64,000 nt of DNA, taken from IMG/VR virus record IMGVR_UViG_3300029305_002265; one strand, given 5' to 3'. This DNA is from a virus (taxonomy: Duplodnaviria > Heunggongvirae > Uroviricota > Caudoviricetes). Every line of letters begins with the position of its first letter. Position 1 is the stretch's first letter. Positions 37,613 to 46,940 of the stretch are shown one piece after another. A program made the position numbers and the translations under genes. The notes under the pieces are model-generated. The model ran no database searches and was not told where the DNA came from. It was given only the letters and a program-made list of their open reading frames with translations.

Positions 37613-38093
37613 ACATAAAGATTGGCTCGCAGATCTTAGCGACGAGCAGAAAAGAAACTACGAGCTTTGTATGAAGTACCCTATTCTCATCCCTCACAGT
37701 TGTTGGACGGGCAAGGTTGCGGAGGATTATATGTATGAATTTACAAAGTTGGACGCCATCCCTACTGGCTGGAGAATTGCGTTTGGAGAACAGTGGGCCG
37801 CCGAGGTACAGGAAGCGGTTAATAAAATGCCCAAAGAAAAGCAAGATAAGATTATTATTATGGATCTTAAGGAAAAGTACGGATCGTTTCGTCAGGACTT
37901 TAGCTATTACACAAAAGAGCTTGTAGAAGTAATTGACAAATACGAAAAACTGTCCAAGCGTGTCTGTATTCGCTGTGGCGCTCCTGCGACAAAGATTTCT
38001 CTAGGATGGATTTCGCCCTATTGTGATGTTTGTTCTGAAAAGATTCCTTATAAGAAGATAGATATAGATGAATGGTTTGAGGGGGTAAAGTGA
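37602..38093 (+). CDS. hypothetical protein
   Basis: KEKYG motif and C-terminal CIRC...CDVC. Confidence 0.75.
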   Translation: MSTEHKDWLADLSDEQKRNYELCMKYPILIPHSCWTGKVAEDYMYEFTKLDAIPTGWRIAFGEQWAAEVQEAVNKMPKEKQDKIIIMDLKEKYGSFRQDFSYYTKELVEVIDKYEKLSKRVCIRCGAPATKISLGWISPYCDVCSEKIPYKKIDIDEWFEGVK

Positions 38094-38094
38094 T

Positions 38095-38628
38095 ATGAAA
38101 GAGATTATTGGAGAAAATATGAATAATATTTTTTTAATCTGTCTTGGTATTAATCCTAAAGAAACTTTTAGTGGCTCCATAGGATATTGGAGCAATTTTA
38201 AAGTATGGGAACTTGATGATGCCGAGTTTGAGAGCCTTTGTAATATTACGGAAGCACAATTCGAAAGATGGTCCGAAGAGGGCGCCTGGTGGAGATATGC
38301 AACAGGTAGCAATTTGGGTGTGCCCACGAATTATTTTAAAGTAAATAGTATAGAGCTTAAGGCATGGTGCGGAGGTTATAGAGACGATCTCTATAGAGAT
38401 TATTTTATGGAAAGCAAAGAGGAGCAGGAACTTTATATGGGTCCAGATGACTATGTTGCTGTAAATATGCCCTATGAATATAAGAACTTGTTCGAATATT
38501 GCTGCGAAGAACTCGGCGCCTCTACGGAAAAGAATGTCTGTGCGTTGGCGGTAGACCTTGCTAAATATAACGGACTTACACTGTCTGAACTGTTTAAGAT
38601 TTATGGAGGCGATACGAATGGAAATTAA
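38095..38628 (+). CDS. hypothetical protein
   Basis: 177-aa ORF. Confidence 0.75.
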   Translation: MKEIIGENMNNIFLICLGINPKETFSGSIGYWSNFKVWELDDAEFESLCNITEAQFERWSEEGAWWRYATGSNLGVPTNYFKVNSIELKAWCGGYRDDLYRDYFMESKEEQELYMGPDDYVAVNMPYEYKNLFEYCCEELGASTEKNVCALAVDLAKYNGLTLSELFKIYGGDTNGN

Positions 38629-38905
38629 AAAGATTAAAACACGCATCACTTCCGAGGAAAAAGAAGTCCATTTGCTTTATGACTATGTTGATAAAACATG
38701 GATTATGGATACAATGATTATGAAGTATTACAATAAAGCCAAAAGACAGGGCTGGAAACAGACCGCCGAGTATGTTTATGATGATGGAACTGTTTGTGGA
38801 GGTGCTTTTGAGGCTCCTGACCACGCAGTAACTATTCGTGGCGCTGAAAAGAAGAGGCTGAGTGAGAAACAGCTTAATAACTTGTTTGGAGTAGATGACG
38901 AGTAG
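38618..38905 (+). CDS. hypothetical protein
   Basis: GGAGG RBS. Confidence 0.7.
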   Translation: MEIKKIKTRITSEEKEVHLLYDYVDKTWIMDTMIMKYYNKAKRQGWKQTAEYVYDDGTVCGGAFEAPDHAVTIRGAEKKRLSEKQLNNLFGVDDE

Positions 38906-38921
38906 TTTATAGTCGTGCATA

Positions 38922-38949
38922 TTGACCTTTTTAAAATTTTTGATATAAT
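38922..38949 (+). promoter_or_regulatory. putative promoter for the RNAP gene
   Basis: TTGACC-16-TATAAT with TG. Confidence 0.6.
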
Positions 38950-39079
38950 AGACACGATACAAAATGATTGGAGGTTGATGAGTGTGTACGGTGCGTTTTG
39001 GACTATTTATTGGCAATATTGGGCCGATAGAAGAAAAGAAGATGAAGAAAAGAATACAAAATGATTGGGCGGTGAGATA

Positions 39080-41914
39080 ATGGCAAAGTCACAAAAAAAC
39101 CAGACTTTTGTGTTAAAAGTCAACACTGGATATTTATCAAAAAATAATTGGCATTTAACATTTAAGTTAAGCGAAATCAGAAAGCAGCCGCAACTAGTCG
39201 TGAGTTTAGGCTCGTCCCAGGTTTTGAGATGGATGCCAGAGTTGACTGGCGTTCCAGATGCTGATATTAAGGCATCACAAATTAAGCAAGATATAAAATA
39301 TCTTAAAAAACAGGGAAATTCTTTAGAGAACAAGAAAAAAATCAGTCAAAAATATGACGAACTTTATGAATTACAGTTTCAGCCATATTATATGATGCTG
39401 GTAATGGATTCCCCTAAAGATTATAAATATGTCTATAAACACGGATTTATGATCACAATTGATTATGGACATAAGATTGAGACGTTTAAATATAGAAGAT
39501 TTCTTGGGACGGCGGGATCTATTAAGAAAAGTACTATTATGTTTGTCGATGAGAGAATTCATGACGAACTTATGGAGAAAATCAACAATGGGCGTTATGA
39601 GGGTCCAAAACCAGGTGAAGAAGTTAAGACTTACAATGGGTTAGAGCTAAATTATAAGTTCATTCCAGCAAAAATTAACGCATATTTTGCACTCCAGTGC
39701 TCTGCCAGCATACCCGTTCCTTGGCCTAGAGTTATTGTAGTAAATGATGTTTTCACTAAATTCAAGAATGTTGTAAGAATTGTAAAAAATACTGGCGGTG
39801 AAAACCCAGATTGGCCTAGCGTTAGCGATCCTATGGAGAAAGAAATAGAAATTAACACTTGTGATGGTATGGGTTTGATTTCCCCCGAAATGAGTGCTAA
39901 ATGGGCCGAGGCATTAAACGAGGGTTCCGAGCCACTGTCTGGCTTTAATACTCGTTGTGCCTTCTTGAAGGGTATGGTGTTTACTGTAGACTTCAAACAA
40001 TTTGCCGAAGAGGTTGCAGGTACATATATTATCAAGGATGCATGGGGAGACGAAAGGGATGTTCGAGACGCAGACGTTATTCTTTCGGTTTCTATGCTTA
40101 AATTGTGGAATTCATATGCTGGCTATGAAGATTATTATAATAACTGTATGAAGAATGGATATGAATTTTGCATTGCAAAGAGCACTCCGCACGAGTTGAG
40201 AAATGTGCATACTACAAATTACCAATATCTTCAGGATTTTAAGTTCACCGATGAGCAAATTGACGAATTAATTGAGCCTACTGTATCGAAAATTAAAGAT
40301 TGCCTTGGACTCGACTGGAGAAAATTGATTTTATATATGTGCGGATCTGGTTTAGATGAGAAAAGCGTGGTTCATATGGAGCCTATGTGTAAAGCCATTA
40401 TGGCTAATCCTGAGCTTATTAATGACCCATACGTTAGGTCTAAAGTTAGTAGAATGATACAAAAACGTATTAATTCTGCTAAAATTGGCGTTTTAGACAT
40501 TTCGGGAGACTATGGTATAGCAGGTAATGACCCCTATTCATTCTTGCAGAATATGTTTGGTCTTGAAGTAACTGGTTTGTTAAAGAGCGGCGAATGCTAC
40601 CATAGGTACTGGATAGATAAGAGATCTGATGAGATCTGTGTTTTTCGTGCCCCAATGACAAGTATTGAAAATATTTGCAAGTTGAGGGTTGTAACTAACT
40701 CGGAAATGGAAAAATGGTATAAATATATCAAGACTTGCATTCTTTTAAACAGTTGGGACGATACAGCAATGAGATGTAACGGCGAAGATTATGACTCTGA
40801 TTCAAATTTCTGCACCGACAACCAGGTGTTGCTTGATGCATTTGAATATAAGACAACATTGATGTGCGAGCAAGAAAGTAGCGTTAAAAAGATTCCTACC
40901 GAAGATGATTATGTAAGCTCTGATATTAACGGGTTTGGAGATTCTATTGGAAGTGTAACTAACAAGGCTACGAATATGATTTCTTTGAGAGAACAGTTTG
41001 ATCCTGATAGCGAAGAATATAGAAGACTTACCTATAGAATTAGCACAATGATGAACTATCAGCAGAACGCTATAGACCGTATAAAGGGCGTTGTAGCTCG
41101 ACCTGTACCTAAGGAATGGCTAAATAATAGGCTATTTAAGATCGAAGACGATGATGACGATGAAACAATTAGAGACAAGCAAATTAATGCAAATATAGCC
41201 GCAGAAATTAAACCGTGGTTCTTTATTTATCGTTACTCACAATTAAAGTCCGAGCTTGACAAGTATATAAAGTCGGTTCGATCTAATTGTAAGATTAGAT
41301 TTGGTAAAAGTCTCGATGATTTATATGCTAGCGACAATAGGTCTTTTGATGAGGATGAGTTTTTGTATTATTACGAAAAATATCTTCCTGTTAGTAGAGC
41401 GCCAGGCACAATGAACCGTATTTGTTGGAAGATTGAAGAAGCGTTTCAAAGTATGGACGTGTTGTCAGATATTGAATTTGATCGTTCTATATTGAAGAGT
41501 GACGCATACTATACGCAAGAAGAATATGATGCAATTGTTCAGTTGTATGACGAGTATAATAAGAGTATGCAGTTGTTTTTAAAGGGTGTTAAAAAGAATG
41601 ATTCTTCAAAAGAAGAGAGAGATGCTTTTACATCTAGGTTGATTAATGAATTTACCAATATGTGCTCAGAAGTTTGTCTTGATGCAGAAATATTGGCGAA
41701 TATCCTTGTTGATGTTTGTTATACTTCGAATAAAAACAAGTCATTTGCGTGGGAAGTTGCTGGTGAACAAATATTTAATAATATTCTTAAGCAAAACGGT
41801 GGTATAATTCAATACCCTATCAAAGATGAGAATGGAGATATTGAGTTTGGTGGCAAGAGGTTCTCTTTGCATACACAAGAGATTGGTGGTGATTTAGATG
41901 TTGATTTTGAATGA
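39080..41914 (+). CDS. YonO-like single-subunit (RdRP-related double-psi-barrel) DNA-dependent RNA polymerase
   Basis: DGMGLIS, KGMV, FRAP, GEDYDSD (DxDGD-like), IGSVTN and AIDRIKG motifs; located upstream of the late module as in SPbeta. Confidence 0.85.
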   Translation: MAKSQKNQTFVLKVNTGYLSKNNWHLTFKLSEIRKQPQLVVSLGSSQVLRWMPELTGVPDADIKASQIKQDIKYLKKQGNSLENKKKISQKYDELYELQFQPYYMMLVMDSPKDYKYVYKHGFMITIDYGHKIETFKYRRFLGTAGSIKKSTIMFVDERIHDELMEKINNGRYEGPKPGEEVKTYNGLELNYKFIPAKINAYFALQCSASIPVPWPRVIVVNDVFTKFKNVVRIVKNTGGENPDWPSVSDPMEKEIEINTCDGMGLISPEMSAKWAEALNEGSEPLSGFNTRCAFLKGMVFTVDFKQFAEEVAGTYIIKDAWGDERDVRDADVILSVSMLKLWNSYAGYEDYYNNCMKNGYEFCIAKSTPHELRNVHTTNYQYLQDFKFTDEQIDELIEPTVSKIKDCLGLDWRKLILYMCGSGLDEKSVVHMEPMCKAIMANPELINDPYVRSKVSRMIQKRINSAKIGVLDISGDYGIAGNDPYSFLQNMFGLEVTGLLKSGECYHRYWIDKRSDEICVFRAPMTSIENICKLRVVTNSEMEKWYKYIKTCILLNSWDDTAMRCNGEDYDSDSNFCTDNQVLLDAFEYKTTLMCEQESSVKKIPTEDDYVSSDINGFGDSIGSVTNKATNMISLREQFDPDSEEYRRLTYRISTMMNYQQNAIDRIKGVVARPVPKEWLNNRLFKIEDDDDDETIRDKQINANIAAEIKPWFFIYRYSQLKSELDKYIKSVRSNCKIRFGKSLDDLYASDNRSFDEDEFLYYYEKYLPVSRAPGTMNRICWKIEEAFQSMDVLSDIEFDRSILKSDAYYTQEEYDAIVQLYDEYNKSMQLFLKGVKKNDSSKEERDAFTSRLINEFTNMCSEVCLDAEILANILVDVCYTSNKNKSFAWEVAGEQIFNNILKQNGGIIQYPIKDENGDIEFGGKRFSLHTQEIGGDLDVDFE

Positions 41915-42671
41915 AGAAAAATATGCTAGAGATATATACATTGGTAAGGATGTAGGCGTTAAATCTATGATGACAAAAATAAGATATATTACAAGACATT
42001 TGATATATTCAGAGCATCAGAGTGATGAAGACGCTTATATAAATTCAATTAAATGGTTAAAAACATATCAAGACAATTTTGATGAAAGTTATTATTCTAA
42101 TGTTGTTTCTGATGCTATTAAAAAGGCACATAAATATCCTTTTTATATTATTGACAATATCCAAATCACCCAGTCTGAGTTGAATGCCATTTCTTCGTTG
42201 AATGATTTAAGGGCGGAAAAAGTATTGTTTGTATTGTTGTGTATGGCGAAGCAACAAAAGTTATCTAGTGGTTTTACGAATGGGCTTGTTAAGTATTCCA
42301 TAACGGAGGTGTGTAAATTGGCACGCATATCCGTTCCTGCTGAAGATAGAGAATATATACTGCATAAAATTGTTCAAAATGGCCTGCTTGGATATCCCAA
42401 GAAAAATGATACCCAGTGTTTGATTGTGAATTTTATTGATTATGGTGAAGCTGCTTTAGTATTAGATGAGATTGATTGTCAAGAGCTTGCTTATATTTAT
42501 CTTATGTGGAAGAATGATGGCAAAGGATATACTAAGTGTCAGAGGTGTAACAGATTAATAAAACAAAGCAAAAATGGAATAAGAAAATATTGCGAGGTTT
42601 GTAAGACAGAGATCGAGGTTGAAAATAAATCCATTAGAAATGCAAAGTATTATGCAAAACACAAAAATTAA
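41898..42671 (+). CDS. hypothetical protein with C-terminal zinc finger, coupled to the RNAP gene
   Basis: CQRC...CEVC; overlaps the RNAP stop. Confidence 0.75.
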   Translation: MLILNEEKYARDIYIGKDVGVKSMMTKIRYITRHLIYSEHQSDEDAYINSIKWLKTYQDNFDESYYSNVVSDAIKKAHKYPFYIIDNIQITQSELNAISSLNDLRAEKVLFVLLCMAKQQKLSSGFTNGLVKYSITEVCKLARISVPAEDREYILHKIVQNGLLGYPKKNDTQCLIVNFIDYGEAALVLDEIDCQELAYIYLMWKNDGKGYTKCQRCNRLIKQSKNGIRKYCEVCKTEIEVENKSIRNAKYYAKHKN

Positions 42672-42827
42672 GACGCTTTGTTTTGGTCATTTTGACACGC
42701 CAAAATGATTGGAAATTGCTGTTGTTTTCGGCTTTGATAAAATTTCAAGTCGAATTTTTCCTAATGAATGATATAGGAAACAACAGTAATTTCCTATATT
42801 AAACCTAAAAGAAAAGGGAGAAAAATT

Positions 42828-43037
42828 ATGGCAGATAAGATGACAAAAAATTACAAGATTTCTGGAAGCGGAGTCCTCAGTATCAATGACGATATGATTA
42901 CCATTCTCGTCGAGGACAAGGGTGAGTTCAATCTCGCTAAAGTGCTTGCTGACCTTGATGGATGTGCAGTAAAGTTTAGTTTCTCGTATGATGAGGATTA
43001 CGAGAGCGTTGATGAAGAAACTGGCGAAGTAATTTAA
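42828..43037 (+). CDS. YonK-like small protein
   Basis: size, sequence pattern and position resemble SPbeta YonK. Confidence 0.6.
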   Translation: MADKMTKNYKISGSGVLSINDDMITILVEDKGEFNLAKVLADLDGCAVKFSFSYDEDYESVDEETGEVI

Positions 43038-43116
43038 TTTAACTAAGAAAACATTAACATCGAAGTTTGTAAGGGCGAAGTTGCGGCTCCGCTCTAGTTT
43101 AGTAGATGTTATATAT

Positions 43117-43192
43117 GGGTCCATAGCTCAATTGGGAGAGCACTACCATTGCAAGGTAGGGGTCGGGAGTTCGACTCTCCCTGGATCCACCA
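43117..43192 (+). tRNA. tRNA-Ala(TGC)
   Basis: cloverleaf, G3:U70, encoded CCA. Confidence 0.92.
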
Positions 43193-43195
43193 TAT

Positions 43196-43274
43196 GGCGC
43201 TATCGTCTAGCCTGGTCTAGGACACCGCCCTTTCACGGCGGTAACTGTGAGTTCAAATCTCCATAGCGTCACCA
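43196..43274 (+). tRNA. tRNA-Glu(TTC)
   Basis: CCGCC-CTTTCAC-GGCGG anticodon arm, CCA. Confidence 0.88.
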
Positions 43275-43276
43275 AT

Positions 43277-43352
43277 GGCGGCATAGCTCAGTCGGTAGAG
43301 CACCCGACTGTTAATCAGGTTGTCGTAGGTTCAAACCCTACTGTCGCCTCCA
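43277..43352 (+). tRNA. tRNA-Asn(GTT)
   Basis: cloverleaf, CTGTTAA loop, CCA. Confidence 0.9.
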
Positions 43353-43355
43353 TAT

Positions 43356-43432
43356 GGTTCCGTAGCTCAGTTGGTTAGAGCGCCAGCCTGTCACGCTGGA
43401 GGTCGTGGGTTCGAACCCCATCGGAATCGCCA
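43356..43432 (+). tRNA. tRNA-Asp(GTC)
   Basis: cloverleaf, CTGTCAC loop, CCA. Confidence 0.93.
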
Positions 43433-43484
43433 AGCAGTTTTTAGTAGGTTTCTGCTGTTACAGCTAAATAAACTTACATTTTAT

Positions 43485-43569
43485 GGGAGAGTAGCAAATC
43501 GGCAACTGCGGCGGACTGTAACTCCGTTGCCTTCGGGCACAGTGGGGTCGGCACCCACCTCTCCCACCA
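43485..43569 (+). tRNA. tRNA-Tyr(GTA)
   Basis: long variable arm, CTGTAAC loop, atypical T-loop, CCA. Confidence 0.85.
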
Positions 43570-43574
43570 TATAT

Positions 43575-43649
43575 GCTGGCGTGGCTCAATGGCAGAGCAG
43601 CTGACTTGTAATCAGCAGGTTGTAGGTTCAACTCCTATCGCCAGCTCCA
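43575..43649 (+). tRNA. tRNA-Thr(TGT)
   Basis: cloverleaf, CTTGTAA loop, CCA. Confidence 0.92.
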
Positions 43650-43652
43650 TAT

Positions 43653-43729
43653 TGCGGAGTGGAGCAGTTGGTAGCTCGTCAGCCTCATAAGCTGAAGGTC
43701 GTGGGTTCAAGTCCCACCTTTCGCAACCA
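43653..43729 (+). tRNA. tRNA-Met(CAT), initiator-like body
   Basis: GTGGAGCAG..GGTAGCTCGTC D-arm as in fMet tRNA, CTCATAA loop, CCA. Confidence 0.85.
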
Positions 43730-43733
43730 TTAT

Positions 43734-43809
43734 GATTCGCTGGTCTAATGCATACGATGTCGGTCTTCGAAACCGAAAGATGGGGGTTGGAATCCCTCGC
43801 GAATCACCA
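43734..43809 (+). tRNA. tRNA-Arg(TCG), divergent
   Basis: TCGGT-CTTCGAA-ACCGA arm, GATTCGC/GCGAATC acceptor stem, CCA. Confidence 0.75.
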
Positions 43810-43840
43810 CTTAAAATTTAAAAAGAAAAGGAGAAGAATT

Positions 43841-44167
43841 ATGACTATTACACGCGAAGAAGTGATCAGAAAGCTGTCAAAAAAGAGCGGCTATCAGATT
43901 CAGCACATAAGAGAAGTACTTCATTGTATGGACGAAGTTGTTTTCGAAGAACTATGCGGAGTAACTCCCGATGAGGAAGTTGCTATACAGATTGTTCAGG
44001 GTGTGAAGTTAGAGTGTGTTCCTGTTGCGGCAAGAATGGGAAAGAATCCCGCTAGCCAGGAAGATATAGAATGCTCTGCAACTTGTAAGGTTAAGGCAAG
44101 AATATCTCGGGACATGAAGGAAAAGCTTCAAGCTCATTACGAGAGCACATATAATAAGAACGGTTAA
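43841..44167 (+). CDS. HU/IHF-family DNA-binding protein
   Basis: ITREEVIRKLSKKSG ... ARMGKNPASQE HU-arm pattern. Confidence 0.75.
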   Translation: MTITREEVIRKLSKKSGYQIQHIREVLHCMDEVVFEELCGVTPDEEVAIQIVQGVKLECVPVAARMGKNPASQEDIECSATCKVKARISRDMKEKLQAHYESTYNKNG

Positions 44168-44183
44168 TGCCGTTCTTTTTTTA
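44157..44183 (+). terminator. rho-independent terminator
   Basis: AGAACGG-loop-CCGTTCT plus T run. Confidence 0.7.
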
Positions 44184-44206
44184 TTAGAAGAAAGGAAAAG
44201 AGAATT

Positions 44207-45424
44207 ATGAATGATATTTTGAAGAAATTATCTGAAGAAAATGAAGATCAATATATATGGAAAGTTGGACAAGCTAAGGATGCGGGCTTGATTGATTCCA
44301 CTTGGGAGGAGCTTACTCCAAGACTTAATACCGAACTTGGTATTGATGAAACTGAATGGAGAGGATCTTCTGCGTTCAGAAAGGCTTATAGATGGATGCA
44401 GAGAGCTTACGACAACGTTTTTAGACAAAATGGTTTTATTGGCGTTCAGGGCGATGAACTTGATGTAAAGAAGCGTGAAGTTGAAAAGGCGACCATTAAA
44501 CTTAGAACCGAAAAGCTTGAGTACAATAAGTGGCTTCGTGAAGAAGCAAGGGACGAGATGATTTGTGAGAAGATTTGTAGTGAAATTAAAGCAAATAATT
44601 CTTTGGTTGCACCCGATCCTATTATTGTAGATAAGCCGAGTCGTAGCGCAGTATTGGCTTTCGGAGACGAACATTACGCTACAGAGTTTACTATTTATGG
44701 TCTTTATGGAGAAATTCTTAATTCATATAGTCCCGAAATTTTCGAGCAGAGAATGTGGGAATTATTTTATCAGACGGTCGAGATTATACAAAAGGAAGAT
44801 TTGACAACACTCTATGTGTTTGCTCTCGGCGACTTTACCGATGGAATTTTGCGCTGCAGTCAGTTAATGAAATTAAGATATGGTGTTATTGAAGGCACCG
44901 TTAGATATGCAAATTTCATTGCTCATTGGCTTAATGAACTGACTAGATATGTCAAGGTAAAGTATCAGATGGTATATGGAAATCATTCAGAACTTCGTAT
45001 GCTGGGCCAACCCAAGGGTACTTTCAAGGAAGAAAATACAGGAATGTTTGTCAGAGAAATGATTAGGACATATCTTGAAAACAATCCTAATTTCGAGATG
45101 ACCATTAACCCTACTGGGTTGATTTTTGATAATATTGAAGGTCTTAATGTTTTAGGTATCCATGGTGAGGTTAAGAATATGGAAAATGCAATTAAGGATT
45201 TCTCTAACACATATAATACCAACATTCAAATTCTCCTTGGTGGGCATATGCACCATTATAAGGCAGAGACCGTTGGTGTCAATAAAGATGTTATTAATGT
45301 ACCTAGTATTATAGGCATTGATGATTATTCAATGAGTTTGAATAAAACTTCCAATCCTGGTGCAGTTTTATTCTGCATTGAGGAAAACAAGGGTGTAACC
45401 CTTGAATATAAAATTAAACTTTAA
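44207..45424 (+). CDS. metallophosphoesterase (YonJ-like)
   Basis: GDEH, GDFTDG, GNHSE, HG and GHMHH motifs. Confidence 0.85.
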   Translation: MNDILKKLSEENEDQYIWKVGQAKDAGLIDSTWEELTPRLNTELGIDETEWRGSSAFRKAYRWMQRAYDNVFRQNGFIGVQGDELDVKKREVEKATIKLRTEKLEYNKWLREEARDEMICEKICSEIKANNSLVAPDPIIVDKPSRSAVLAFGDEHYATEFTIYGLYGEILNSYSPEIFEQRMWELFYQTVEIIQKEDLTTLYVFALGDFTDGILRCSQLMKLRYGVIEGTVRYANFIAHWLNELTRYVKVKYQMVYGNHSELRMLGQPKGTFKEENTGMFVREMIRTYLENNPNFEMTINPTGLIFDNIEGLNVLGIHGEVKNMENAIKDFSNTYNTNIQILLGGHMHHYKAETVGVNKDVINVPSIIGIDDYSMSLNKTSNPGAVLFCIEENKGVTLEYKIKL

Positions 45425-45451
45425 AATGATTTAGAAAGAAGGAATAGAGTT

Positions 45452-45712
45452 ATGATTGATAAGAAAGACACAAGAAAGAGTCGTCTTATTTTTGATGCTA
45501 AGATAGCAAGAAAGCTTCTTAAGCAGGGTTTTGTCGTTGTTGATATTAAACCCAATAGAGAAAATACAGATAAGAGTATTTTTATTTTTGAGAATACAGA
45601 TGAATTTAAGGTGGCTCTTGAAAAGCTTATGGATGAGCTTAAAGCAAAGAAGGAAGCTGAAGTCGAAATTGAATTCGAGTGCGAAATTGAAGTCGAGATC
45701 GACGCTGATTAA
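45452..45712 (+). CDS. DUF5659-like hypothetical protein
   Basis: IFDAKIARKLLKQGF..DIKPN...FIFE. Confidence 0.65.
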   Translation: MIDKKDTRKSRLIFDAKIARKLLKQGFVVVDIKPNRENTDKSIFIFENTDEFKVALEKLMDELKAKKEAEVEIEFECEIEVEIDAD

Positions 45713-45746
45713 TTGCTCCTAAAATTTATAGAAAGGAGTGATGTCT

Positions 45747-46940
45747 ATGGCAGGTAAAGCTATGGGGAAAACCTCAGCTAAAAAGGCAATGACCACAACT
45801 GCTCAAAAAGCGGCAGAAGATAAGGAAGAGTATTTATGCTATTGTTGTGGCGAAAAAAAGAAAAAAACTTCGTTTTACACTTCGTCAGATCCATTTAATG
45901 GCGTGGGTGTCAATCCTTTTTGTAAGTTGTGTATTGAGAAAATTGCTAGAAACTATAATGAAAGAAGCGGACAGTATGGTGAGGTTACCAAGGCATCGTT
46001 GTGTGATGCACTTGAAAGAATGGATTTGCCGTATAAAGAAAATTTATGGGATTCATCTTACAATGAGGTTCATGATCCAACTTTAAAACAGCCCAAAACT
46101 AACGTGTGGTCGGCATATATTAAAAATGTTAAGTTACCACAGTATAGCGGGGAACGTTGGAGAGATGGAGACTTGTTTAAGGATGGAGCAAAAGTTCAGA
46201 GTGATACAGAGGACAAAATTGCATCTACTATGACCTCTGAAGTTTTAGATGAGTGCAAAACAAACAAACGAGATTTAATTCGTCTTATTGGGTATGATCC
46301 TTTTGCTAACTATCCTATAGAACAAGACCTTCCCGTGTTATATGCACAAATAATTAGTTTTATTGATGAAGAAACTAAGAATGATGGCATGAAGATGAAT
46401 GCTATTATTCAGATTGTTCAAGCATTTAATCAGATACAGAAGCTAAACGACGCCATTAATGAATTACTGGCGGACACAAAAAAGTTAAATAGCAACAATG
46501 GTACTATTAAGCAACATTCTGATACAATATCAAAATTGCTTAGCGGTGCAAATGCTCTTGCTAAGGATAATGGAATTTCTGTAAACTTCAACAATAGTAA
46601 GTCTAAGGGACAAAATACCCTTACTGGCAAAATGAAAGAACTAGACTTAATCGGTTTCAGAGATGCAAAAATTAATATGTATGATATTGATTATTGCGAG
46701 GGTATGAGACAGGTTGCAGAAATTAGCGCTAAGTCACAAATAGACCAAATTGGTTTTGACGAAAATACAATGAATACAATTAACAATATTAGACGCGAGT
46801 TGGTTGATGAACTTCAAAAGAAGTTAGATAAGGCTAACGAGCGCGCCAGATTGTTGCTTGTAGAAAACAAAGATTTAAAAGAGTTTTTAAAAGAAAAGGG
46901 GTTAATTGATGAGTTTGGGCAGGTGATTGACAATGAGTGA
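45747..46940 (+). CDS. zinc-finger protein upstream of terminase (possible small terminase)
   Basis: CYCC...CKLC N-terminus, coiled-coil C-terminus; overlaps terL. Confidence 0.7.
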   Translation: MAGKAMGKTSAKKAMTTTAQKAAEDKEEYLCYCCGEKKKKTSFYTSSDPFNGVGVNPFCKLCIEKIARNYNERSGQYGEVTKASLCDALERMDLPYKENLWDSSYNEVHDPTLKQPKTNVWSAYIKNVKLPQYSGERWRDGDLFKDGAKVQSDTEDKIASTMTSEVLDECKTNKRDLIRLIGYDPFANYPIEQDLPVLYAQIISFIDEETKNDGMKMNAIIQIVQAFNQIQKLNDAINELLADTKKLNSNNGTIKQHSDTISKLLSGANALAKDNGISVNFNNSKSKGQNTLTGKMKELDLIGFRDAKINMYDIDYCEGMRQVAEISAKSQIDQIGFDENTMNTINNIRRELVDELQKKLDKANERARLLLVENKDLKEFLKEKGLIDEFGQVIDNE

